DNA of 64,000 nucleotides from Saccostrea cucullata (taxonomy: Eukaryota), in contig NW_026935833.1 in NCBI RefSeq assembly GCF_032062105.1, positions 1 through 64,000 of the forward strand. The letters are read 5' to 3'. A program made the position numbers and the translations under genes. Numbering within the stretch: position 1 is the stretch's first letter; every line of letters begins with the position of its first letter. Positions 14,105 through 26,424 of this stretch are shown one piece after another. The notes under the pieces are model-generated. The model did no database searches and was not told the DNA's origin. It was given only the letters and a program-made list of their open reading frames with translations.

Positions 14105-14819
14105 CTGACTGCATTTAGTTCATGTTTTAACGGATGCGCAGAACTGGAAGGAAGTTGAATTAAAGAGTTTGACGTACAACAAGGAAAACTGAAATATGGA
14201 AAAGAAAAATCTTCATCTACTATTGCTGTATCATAGTGATTAGTTAATATGAAGTGTAAAATACATTTCAAGTCTTCGACTACTTTACATGTGTAAAGTT
14301 AAATTGACTCTTGCTGGATACTCAGTAATGCAAATCGTACCACAATCTAAGGATTTCCAAAAACCTTATAGAAAGTATATATACTACTAATTCACGGAAA
14401 TGAGATTGACTTATCAAAACTTTCGTTTTTCGAAAATCTCAGCGACTTTTACTGATTGATTGATTTTTTCTGTACATTTCCTTAATTGAATTTTTGTGTA
14501 GCAGTGAGCTTAGTTGATTTATAACAAAAACCTCATTACTGTATAATTTATCTATTTCGCCAAAAAAAAAATAGTCAAAGTACGGAAGTAGATGTAGATA
14601 ATAAATTATTGCATCTTTCTGTTTTCTATAAATATACATATTTTTCTTGTACATCCTTATAAACACAGGTTTCTTTTCTTCTATAGGACACCATAACCTT
14701 GGACAATTTAGTTCATACATTTTCAAATACTGAGTTCATATTTTTTCTAAATTTGTGAAATTTTTTAGATAACGAGCGGTAATGGAGCTCAAAAGTCCAT
14801 TTAAACAAAAGCAAAGCAA

Positions 14820-15850
14820 ACACGGGTCTCTAAAACATCAGAGGTGGGATCAGGTGTCATGGAAAAATAAGCATTCCCTACCAACAGGTCAACCCGCCAT
14901 GTGCTCCTTGTCATGTTCGGGAATAACAGAAAAACGCAGAAAATTCATTGTTTATATAATGCCCCAACAAATTAGTTTGAAAGACGTCAGTTAGCATTTG
15001 ACATAATGATAGATTGTAATTGCTGACAAGGTCCTTGGACGGGATGGTTGATATCCTTGTTACATCAACTTGTTGTTCAATGACTTGTCTTGTTTTAGAA
15101 AATGTTAATATAAACATAAGGGATTGCTTTCGCCTATCAAATCAACTAGGGGATATAAACCCCGTATGCATGCAGGTGATAAAGGTATATTGTTATATAC
15201 TAGTAAGTTGACGATTGGAGAGTTGAAGTTATCACGTTTATCATAAAGCTTTGTTACCATTCACGTCTTCTTCAAGTAAAATATCCAAATATGAAGCAGA
15301 TGAATCAGACTCTGTGTCATATCTTTTATTTCAAGCCCTCTGGGATATATCGAGTCGAAATATGAATAAAAGTAACTAGTCGTCAATATATCTAACTCAC
15401 AGGCACCTAGCGTTACTTATTGCTCTTTTAAAATTAAAGAAAATTAAACCCCTGTCTAATGATAAGATAGGGGGTATGTTTTTGTTTATTAAAAGAAAAA
15501 TAAGTAAGGTCAGGTGCCTGTGATCTAAATGTCGATTTGAAGTGTTTTCTTCTTATTTTTTTTGAATAAATTCTGCTTTGAGTTTATACAAAAATTGATC
15601 GGCAAATAGTGTGACTAATAACGAGCCATGAGAATTCCGACAGATTGTTGGGAGAACTGGTCTCTAAAACAAACTACATACATGTATATTTAAAGTGTTT
15701 TGTCAATCAGTAATTCAAAACATTTTTTCGATACCCACTTCAGGGTACTTGTGTCTACAATTAGGATGTTTTAACAAAATAATGTTGCAAATGACCTATG
15801 ACAATGTAAATAAATTTACGAGTTCCATTTCTATTGAAGAAGTAGCTGTC
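14820..15850 (-). mobile_element. Decayed Penelope-like retroelement reverse transcriptase remnant
   Basis: Minus strand gives degenerate RT motifs (QQSVGILM near 15625-15650, RYIDD near 15380-15395, LYDKRDNFN near 15220-15250) and a 3' tail GGCGGGTTGACC..CACCTGATCCCACCTCTG also seen at ~58800. Confidence 0.6.
15398..15522. mobile_element. Small MITE inserted beside the YIDD motif of the RT remnant
   Basis: TIRs CACAGGCACCT / AGGTGCCTGTG. Flanks ATCTAACT / ATCTAAAT form an 8-bp TSD with one mismatch (hAT-like). Confidence 0.7.
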
Positions 15851-16968
15851 AATGATTTTAAAAATAGCCTGGATTTTAACATGTTTAATTTATCTTGAGG
15901 AATACTGAGTAATTGTATAAAGTGTTGAAAGACATATATCATTATTTCACATTTACTAAAAGTTTCTCGGAATATTTAAGTTTCCACATCTGATTTACAC
16001 CACTTCCCCAATATATTGCTGTACAATACTTCTTTCCTGCTGTTAATATTTTAGTCTTTCCTGCTGTTAATATTTTAGTAAGGAGTGAAGAAAGAGAATT
16101 TAGATCTCTAAAAGTAAAATTAAACATGTTAAAGTTAACGGAAAATTCAGTGTGTAAATAATGGCCTAAGAATTCGTATAAAAAACGTCAGTCAGCATTT
16201 GACTCAATCATAATAATATAACAATAATTCAGACTAGTTTTCATCAGTATGCACACGCAAGGCATATTCCTTGTGTTTTATTTCATTTCGAGGAGACTTA
16301 TAATGTATCAAGAGTTGTCGTTCGTCGTTATTTCGAAACAACTTCAATGGTGAACCTTAATCTGTTAATCGTTGAACTTTAGACCTAGAGAGGGCGTACA
16401 GGCGAGTTTTTAGATTATATGACCGTGAAAATATTTACGGTAAGCAATATTTTGTGTGTAGCCTTTATCTAAATCTATAACATTTATAAAATGTCGATAT
16501 ATACACGCATTTATCGCTGTGAGTGAATGTATTATAATGTACTTCCGCCAGGTATGAATATATGAATATGTACATGTATGATACCTGATACATAAATATA
16601 AGCATATTGAAACTGAAATGATATGATACTGAATTCATGTACTTTCATTTAATTGTACTATGTCCTAAGGGACTACAGAAAACATATTATAAGAGATACA
16701 ATTGCGTACAAACTACAAAGATAGTGCAATATGACACTATGCATCGATCATGCATCTTGCTTCATTAATTTGTTTTATTTGAGCATATTTTCCAACATTT
16801 AAATTAAACACTTTTTGTGATAAACATAAGCGTCTTTAATGTTGTAAATTTTGGATTAACAGAAAAGTGAGAACTGAATGATATCAGAAGTAAGGTTATC
16901 ATGATTTTATGGCACATATGCTGGGGTTCAAGCTTTTACCTTATTTTTTGATTTCAGGTATACCAAAA

Positions 16969-19584
16969 ATGAGAAACCGTCCAACTAGCAAAGCCAGTGC
17001 CAAAGAGGGTGCAGTAGTGCACGATGAGACAGGACCCCGGAAGTCAATCAAAGCCCGGAAGAGGAAATATGAAGATAGACAAATTAATGAAGGTAAGTAA
17101 AAACCAAATTATATCTATTGTCATTAAATTTTCGATTCTATATACTTATATTTTCCCTTTTCGTTTATTTTCTTAACTACAGTCGAAAGAACAAAGTGAT
17201 AATTGCTTCTAACGTATTGTTGGTTAATTAACATGGGGATAATGATATATTTTTACCTAAAAATGGAAGGGAAAATTTCATATGTGTGACACAATAAATG
17301 ACAATTGTAGATATACATGTTTAGGAAATGAACATTCATCTTATTTTAAACGCTAATGTCATCATTGCGTATAAAGGTAAATGAAATTGCAATTGCAATT
17401 GATGTTGTCAGCAGTTACAAAGTTAAGTTTATAGATTTTTGTTCATGTATATATAGAGAGAAAAAACGTTCTAGTAAAACTCTTCATTCCAAAATTCGAA
17501 TTCCCCACCTCTTTCCTGGGTAATTTAATTTAGTTTCAAAGCTCATAGTTTGACGTTCCAGGGCAGCAAATTTAAGAAAGTTAGTTAATATCCAAAAATC
17601 CTTATGCAAACAATAATTCCATTATGATATTAGTTTAAAACGAAAAAAAGCTCTGCATAGTAGACAAGATGCCGACATTTTCATGAATGGGCAGATAGTT
17701 AGACAAGATGCCGACATTTTCATGAATGGGCAGATAGGAAGGCAAGATGCCGACATTATAATGAATGGGCAGATAGGTAGGCAAGATGCCATCATTATAA
17801 TGAATGGGCAGATAGGTAGGCAAGATGCCGACATTACAATGAATGGGCAGATAAGTAGTCAAGATGCAAACATTATAATGAATGGGCAAGATAGACAAGA
17901 TGAAGACATACCAATGAATGGGCAGATAGTTAGAAAAGATGAAGACATAATGCATGGGCAGTAAGGTAGACAAGATACCGACAAAATGACTCCTTACTGA
18001 GACGACACATTAAGCTTACAATTATCAGAGTTTTAAAAAAAAACATAGAAGACCTAGGTCTGTAGTTTCTGCTTGCCTGTTATTTTCTTATATTTTACAT
18101 CCCAAATTTTATTTAATTTTACATTTTCAACATTTTTAACGAGGAAAATATCTACATATAAAAGAATATAGTTTTAACACATGATAAATGTCATACTTTT
18201 AGTTAACACCCCTACAAAAGACAACAAACAAAGAAAATTACAGAATGATCATAGTACGAATAGAAAGGCATCAACATCGGTAAGAGGACCTAGAAACCAG
18301 TCTATGGCGAAAGGAAACCCTAGAAGAAAGCGGAATAAAATGCATGATGAAAAAATGAAAAGACCACTGAACAAATCTGAAGAAATTACCACACATAAAT
18401 CAGTATTGCAGACAAAGGAACCTAAGAGAGTAACTAGGTCTTCATCTAAAAGTGCTGGCAACAGTAAAAAAGGAGCAAACAAGAACTCTGATTCCAAACT
18501 GAGGCAGCAGATAAAAGGAACTCGAGAAAGGAAGGGGCGTCTTCCGAAACAGACCAGCAAAACAAGAGAAAATAAGCAGCCAAAGACCTCTATACCTCAA
18601 GGTAAAAGCCTCGTTGGTAAAAAATCTAATCAAAAGAAGGAAAAAGAACAACGCCAGAGTACACAAGCTGACAGAATGAAAAAGTTAAAAGCAAATAAAA
18701 ACAGAGACAATGTTAAGAAAAAGGAAAGCAGGTTGATAAACAAAACAAAGGATATTGAAACATCGACAACTCACACTTCTGATGAATATTTTTCTGACTT
18801 ATTTCTTAAGAAAATCTCAGTACAGCATCATCCTGTGTGTTGTATGGGAGAGATACACGAAATCAGTGTATCTCATGATAACCTACTTTGGGTGAACCAT
18901 TTGTACAACACTGTACATCTTCAAGACTCGGCGGGAGAGATTCTCAGATCTTTCAAATTGGATGCTAGACCTGTATTCAGTTGTTGTACGCCTGGAGGAG
19001 ACCTTCTTTTCACACAGGGTTACGGTGGTGGTTTTAGACCCCTCATATTTCTACTATCAAGAGAAGGGGATACCAAAGTTCTAGCCAATCTTTCTTCTTA
19101 TGCTACTTATCTCTTTGGAATTTTGTATAAAGATGAACGAATATATGTTGTCGCAGATTGTGAAGCAAGGATGGAGTACTTTATTATTAAACTGGATATG
19201 AACGGAAAAGTTGAATCTGAATACAATACAGAGAAGGCAGACCATAGTATAAATCAACTTGTTTTACTAAATGGTCAAATAGTTGCCTTTCGCATTCATG
19301 GCGTTGAAATAATTCCTTTAGAGAAGGACGTGATTTCCTCAGTTGCATTGAATACAGTGAATATTAATGCTGCATACTCAGGAAGTGCGTCTACTGACAA
19401 CCTTGGAAATGTAATCCTAGGTTCAAATGCACAGCTCTTCATCGTCAATCCAAGTCTGAAGCGAATGCATAAACTAGATACGGGCATTTCTGGACGCATC
19501 ATTTCAACAGCTGTAGACCAGCAAAGCCAGCTGTGGTTCGGTACTGCCGATGGAAAACTGTACTCCACCAAATATCTTAAATGA
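16969..19584 (+). CDS. Basic-tail beta-propeller family member C, complete (exons 16969-17092 and 18203-19584; 501 aa)
   Basis: Exon 1 MRNRPTSKASAK..KARKRKYED..NE-G|gtaagt (124 nt, phase 1) joins ttttag|TT AAC ACC in frame. K/R-rich region, then the propeller ending DQQSQLWFGTADGKLYSTKYLK*. Probable non-coding exon donor at ~16440. Confidence 0.85.
17657..17984. repeat. 39-bp minisatellite (~8 copies) in the intron of gene C
   Basis: Unit CAAGATGCCGACATTATAATGAATGGGCAGATAGGTAGG. It explains the repetitive ORFs 17622..17834, 17635..17973 and 17683..17964. Confidence 0.92.
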
Positions 19585-20789
19585 TGTGATCATTTCAGCG
19601 GAAACACCTCGGGGGTGTCAAAGAGATGTTATAATAATCTGATATTTCAATTAAAAACTCACTATTTTTTCATAATATGAGATTTAGCTGGAATAACACT
19701 CTGTTTAAAATATCAAATGCACAAGAATTAACCCATGTCTTATGAAGATCTTTTGTTTACGTTTTCATAAATAGCTAAATATATGGAAATCTCACCACAA
19801 ACTTTTAATAAAAGTCACAATCCCTTTCACCAATTTGAAGATCAAAACAAGGAAAAGAAGACAAGAATGCAAAAAAAAGAGGAATTTTACTTAAATTCAA
19901 GACTTGGAAGAACCAAACTGTTGCAAAATGAGAAGGTCAAATCTAAATGAAAGGACTATATATGCATCGTGTTCACAATATTGTTCAAAAGTTCAAAGTA
20001 AAACCAATCATACATTTCTGCTCGATCATTACATTGATACTAGTATATCAAGAAGGAAATATCACACACACATACATGTATGCAGGGCTCTGGTCGATCT
20101 TTTCTAACAGTTTTCAGCTATTTTTCATATCGAGATTTTAAAGACGATGTTGTGTACTCTGGTTTAACTAATAAATATACATCATATTTCTTACTTCTGT
20201 GCTGTTTGTTTGTCAATTGACGATACTGAAGATGTTTTTATTGCATCACTAATTCCTGTATAGTTTTGGGTCATTTGACTGTTATTTCATGTAGTGAGAG
20301 GGCGATTTAAGTTTTTAGAACTTGTGCCCAATCCTGACCCATTATAAATATGTACAATATGATTAAAATTAATTATACATGTGTTAATTGAAAAAAAAAC
20401 ATTATATTTCAATTTTTATATATTTGCGACAAATTGCAGTCATGTCTCACTAGTATTATTTGTTATAATCAATCCCTAATAATGAAATATGTTCAAACCA
20501 TTTGACTATAATTGAAATGTTAGCACTGGAAATTATTACCTATCAATACCGCATCCTCCTTTGAAGATGACACAAAAATCAACTGAACACAAAATTCGGA
20601 TTTGGATGATATTATTGTTTTTTCATTAACATAATATTAGCTTCATAAGCTCTGATATTTTTTTCATATTTTTGAAAAATTAAAATAATTCTTACAAAAA
20701 AATTCTACAATCCAATACCCTAGAATAGTACTATTTATTTCTATGTTTTACGGAGTATTATATATTTACGCATTACAGACAAACCAGAA

Positions 20790-22490
20790 ATGGAAACACG
20801 CCAAAGACGAGTCAGAACTTCCATTAAAGCAAGTGCTGAAGAGAATGAAGTTAGAAAGAGTTCGAAATGCCGGAAAAGGAAAAGTGGGGATGAACAAAAG
20901 GGTGAGTGATAATAAGAAATTGTGGGAGAAAATATCTTTGAGGATGTCAGTTGTTTGAGAGGAATATATATTTTTTTTAATCTTTTATTTTTAACCAGTT
21001 TAGCTATTACCCCGGTAATTAAGACTCTGCAAGAAAGTTAAATATTACCGTTCAATAATAGTATATTCACCAAACCATAGCGAACTAAATACAATATCAA
21101 GTAAATAAAGTCTCAAGAGAAATTTTCGATCAGATTTATTTGGAAATATTTTTGATAACTTTTGATATACCGGTATTATTGATCGGGGAAAACATTTTCA
21201 GATAAAAGTTCATCAAAGGGTGACTCCTCCAAACAGAGACGTATTCATTTTCACCATAACAACGGTGGTATGGAAATGCAAGGACCTGCATCAACGAGTA
21301 AACTTAAAAGCAAGTGAACAAATCAAAAGGAAAACAAGCAAGTCTTGGTATTGAAAACTCAGAAACTAATTCTGTAAAATCAGTCAATTTGCAAAGGAAA
21401 AATATCCAAAAAAAAATCAAGAGTTCTGGCGGCAAAGACAAGGAAAGTGGCTCGAAGTTCTCACAAAAAGGCTGAAAATAGCCAGGAAAAAGTAGGTAAA
21501 AACTTTAAATCAAAACTACAGATGAATGATCCAGATGCTGGGAAAAGGGGGACAGTGGGAAAATTGAGGAACCAAAGGAAGATGGTAGAGGCAAACAAGC
21601 AAAGCTTACCCAAAGGTCAAAAATTAACAAAGAATATCAAAAATTCTAAAGAGTCGGAAGTTTACACATCTGCACCAAAGGCCTTCTCTGACTTGTTTTT
21701 AACAAAAGTTGACATAAAATTTAATCTCAAATCAAGTCTTGGAAGCATTCATGGAATTAGTATATCAGGTGACAATATATGGGTGAATTACTTATCAATG
21801 AAGCAGGTAAAAATGCTCAGTTCTTCGGGTGAGATTCTCAGATGTTTCAGTCTAGACCATTGCTAGCCAGTGCTTAATTGTTGCTTGCCATCAGGCGAAC
21901 TTCTCGTGACGCAGGGTTTTGCTGGTGGTTCTAAGCCTATAATTACGTCAATATCACCTGAAGGAATCATCAAGATTTTTGCTAATCTTTCATCGTATGC
22001 TAAGCACTTGTTCGGAATTCTCTGTAAAGATGAGAAAATATATGTCATTGGATGCAACAGTTCTACCACTAATGGTAACCACTTTGTTCTTCGACTTAAT
22101 TTGATTGGAGAAGTAGAGCATGTGTACAATTCCAATCTGCCCTCTGAAAATATAAAGGGCTTAATTTCTCTCAATGGACAAATAGTTGGCCTTCGAGTCA
22201 AAAACTCTCAAATGGTAGCACTAGAGAAGGATGGAATTTCCTCGACTGTGTTAAACAAAGTTTTCAACAGGAACATGTATGCAGGAAGTGCATCGGTAGA
22301 CAATCGTGGAAATGTTATTATAGGAACAGGCACAAAACTCACCTTCATCAACCCAAGTTTGGAAAAATCGCATGAAATAAGCACTGGTTTTTCTTCAAAC
22401 ATCATTGCCACAGCTGTAGACAACCAGGATCAACTGTGGATAGGTACTGTGAATGGAGAGTTGATCGCGGCTAAATATCTTCGAGTTTGA
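20790..22490 (+). pseudogene. Basic-tail beta-propeller family member A (exons 20790-20901 and 21202-22490), disabled
   Basis: Exon 1 METRQRRVRTSIK..CRKRKSGDEQK-G|gtgagt. Exon 2 has a -1 frameshift at ~21306 giving TGA at 21315, a +1 in the A-run at ~21410 and CAG>TAG at 21864 relative to A'. Confidence 0.85.
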
Positions 22491-23912
22491 TAATACACAC
22501 TCAGCCTTCACTACATTGTAAATTATATTGTTTAGATTAAATACAAGGTGTATATCAAAAAACGGAGATGTCTTGTTATTTTTCCTTCACATTTGATACA
22601 CATCTTTAGCTCAGTTTGAAATGAAAAAGAACACTTAAAGGCAGTTGTTCCGAATTTCACGGTACATATTCTGGTTACTTTGAATATCAATAGGTACCAT
22701 CTATTGAAGGAATAGCCTAGAAACTCTAAAAGATATATTATCCCTGTCCCCTTCCCATCTTGAATTTAAATATTAATGTACATTTATGTTGTCAATGCAA
22801 AATAGGGTATAACTGTCTCTACTTGAAGACCATCTAATTTCTTAACTTCCAAGTTTGTGCCGAGTTGTACTCAGGTGACCTATTGCAATCTGTTTTGTCT
22901 GTCATCGTGAGGCATCTGTAAACATTTGATCATTTTTAGCTTCTTCTCTGTAATTGCCCAACTATTTTCAAATAATTTTGGTATAAAGCATCTACGGGCA
23001 AAGGAAGGACAGATATTTTGAATTCCATTGCTCTGCCCCTCCCCTTACCCCAGCCTACAGGTTTTGCCAAATACATGTACAATAACATTGATGCAAAATA
23101 TTTTTTGCTTCTTGAATAAGTGGTCAACTATTAGCATGATTAATAATCAGAATCAATCAATAATAATCGAATTTATGCATATTTATTTCATTTTACTTTA
23201 TTAAATTGAGTGCCAAAACTATAATAATTCATTGTACAAAAAATGATTCATGAATACCTGGTATTTAGATCAAAGATATTGATAATTTTTGTCATCTCTC
23301 TTGCATACAAAAATACATACCATATCAAAGCAAATGTCAAGCTACTTAATGAAAATAATGGCACTTGATATTTGTACAATTGTAAACGTAGAAAAAAATA
23401 TATATACACTCTATAAAAATAAGTGGGTGAAGTTCATACACATTCCATACATAACAATACACAACTGCACCATTCATTAAAAATGACATTTTAACAAAAA
23501 AAAATATGCATCATTCACAACCAGCCAAATAATTCAGGAATGTAATACATGTATATAAGAAAGGATAAATGACAATATACATTTATTATCAATATTATCA
23601 ATTAATAACATTAAAATCACAATACATAAATAAAAAGTTAATACCACTAAATGGAATGATCCATTAAAAATGATATGTGGACAGAACTCACAATAATGTC
23701 AAAACATGTATTGCCTCATAAAATTGATATGTTCATTGAGCATTGCATAATGAAATAAAAAAGTACAGGTACATGTATATATAAAATCAATAATATTAAC
23801 AATTGTAAAAGGAATGAAATATTAGATTTTAGTGATCATTTACTAAATTTAATCCTTGAGGTTTTAAGCATGTCTTTGGTAAATTGGCCCTCTAGGGCCC
23901 GTCCCTCCTTAA

Positions 23913-26384
23913 TCAGTAGTCTTTGGGCCTATTTCTATAGTTGACGATACACAGGGCTATGATAATGATGACTAGCAGTGAAGATAAGGCTGTTAGAGAC
24001 CAGGTGGAGACCTGAAAATTCTCACTGGTGTCCTGTAATGGGGCTGTGGTGACAATAGCTGCAATACACAAATAGTATTTTAGACTAGTATTCTGCACTT
24101 GAGGTACAAATAAGAATTCTGAATGGGTAGATCAACTTCACGCATAAAATATGAAAATCATTTACCCAAATCCCTTTTTCTGTGTAGTTACATGATCAAG
24201 TTGGTCTAATTATCAAGATTTTTTTCTCTGTATACTAAGCCTTTACATGTTCTGGACACATTGATAAAAATTCTGTATCGCATAAGATATAGGTTTTCAT
24301 ACAGAAATTGATACAGAATAATAAAGAAATTCATTCGTAAGACTTACTTTGAGGGCGCGAGGCCAGCTGTGGAAAGTATGTAGACCAGAATCCGTAGTCC
24401 TTCTGTCTGAAATTTGTGTAGTTGTAGGAAGAGTTGCTGATGTAAAAATAGCTGTGGTTGTATATATTATGCTCTCGCCAGGTCACATTCTTAAAGTTAA
24501 TCAGATTAAATCGCCTGGGGGTAGGATCACTGCAAGAAAAAAGATGATTTCTTTAAAACCATATGATTTTAAAACATTCACTAATCTACATTCTTTTGGC
24601 ATGGCTGCATCAACTTATCCAAATAATGACCTTAATCTTGAGGTACATTATATAAGTTGGTAAGCAAACATTGATCACATTTGAAATCTAATTGCTTCAT
24701 CTCTGTTTTTTTGTTGACTATGATTTACTGACCCATAAGAGGAGAAGTTTGTCCACAGGGTCATCATGTATTCACTCATATTCCTGTCAGCGTAGTCGTA
24801 CTGCTGCCGAGGGTATAGGCCCAGTATGTTTGTGTATGTCTGGTTTATAAAGGGGAAACCAAAGATGTACTGAAGTTCTTGTCCATGTGCAACACCTACG
24901 TAAATGAAACAGAAATGTCAATAAATGCAGCTAATAAATTCAAAATAATCATACTCAAAATTTATATGTGTATATACTGTATACAGGGAAATTTTTGCCC
25001 CCCGTTTAATTTTCGCCCCTTTTGCCCTAACCTCATTTGGGCAAATTTAAAACGGGGCGAATTCATATAATACAGTATAATTACTTAAATAAGACTTTGA
25101 CAGGGCGAATTTAAAACGGGGCAAAATTGTCTGCAAGTGTGAAAGGGCGAAAATAAAACGGGGCGAAAATAACCCTGTATACAGTATATACAAATCTGAC
25201 AAGTGTCAAGTTTGTGGGTGTTAACCAGAATGCTTTAACCAGAATCCTAAATTATTATGAGCACCTGCCTTTGCACAGATTACAGCAAAGTACCTCTACT
25301 ATACAAAGACAAGAGGCCCATGGGCCTTATAGGTCACATGAGCATCATGCAACAACTTTCGAACGATTGAATTTGGTTCATGTTTTAAAATAGACATCAT
25401 GGCATTCACAATTTTGAAAGAGGCACCATTGCTAATTATAACTATACAACTGCATGTTTAGTTTGGTTACTTTTAACATTGTTTAAAATACCAATAGACA
25501 GAGTAGCAGAACAATAATGTACATTTCAACTAATCAGTAATGATTAGCAATAATCAGTAGTGCCACTACCACACATGAACCCCTGACCCTTGGTCCACAC
25601 ATTTCACAATTTTGGAAAAGGCACTCTTGCTTACCAAAAATGTTTGACTAATACCAAGGACCAGATTTCATACAATTAATTCATTTTCAGTATATAAGTA
25701 GACCCCCCTCTATGGTACCCCTGACCCAGGGGCCTTGAAATTCATAATTCAGGAAGAATGGTCCTTGCTTATCATAAATATATATTAGGTAAATCTGCTA
25801 AATACCCAGGAGCAGAGGAGAAATTTTCAAAGATTTAATTTATTTTCACTATATAATCAATAGAGCCCCACCCTTACACCAGAACCCCTGACCATGGGGC
25901 CATAAAATTCACAATTTTGGAAGAGGCATTCTTCCCCATCATAACTATGTACTTACTTAGTTTATTTAATACCCAGGAGCAGAGAAGAAGATTTATAAAG
26001 AAATTAGCATTTTCACTATATAATCAATAGAGCCCCACCGTAGCACTAGAACCCCTCACCCTGGGGCAATAATTTCACAATTTTGGTAGAGGACTCAATG
26101 GACATTACATTCATGCTAACAGTTTGACTGCTTGATGTCCAGGAGTAAAGAAGAAGATGTTTAAAGATTGCATTAATTTTAGTGGTTTTGGCCCCACCCC
26201 TCAGGCCCCAGGGGGGCAGGGAGCATGAAATTCATAATTTTTGTTCCCCTTCACTCATAGATGCTTTATGCCATATTTGGTTGAAATTGGTTGAGTGGTT
26301 GCGGAGAAGAAGCTAAAAATGTTCAAAAGCTTATGACCGATTGACGACAAACGACGTATGATGGACGACGACATACGAAAACAG

Positions 26385-26424
<40 letters not shown>

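Noticed and set aside
16030-16078. Short perfect direct repeats (also 36756-36791 and 42975-43027)
   Set aside because: Two-copy local slippage duplications with no evidence of function.
17622-17973. Repeat-protein ORFs on both strands
   Set aside because: By-product of a 39-bp minisatellite. No phase-compatible splice sites.
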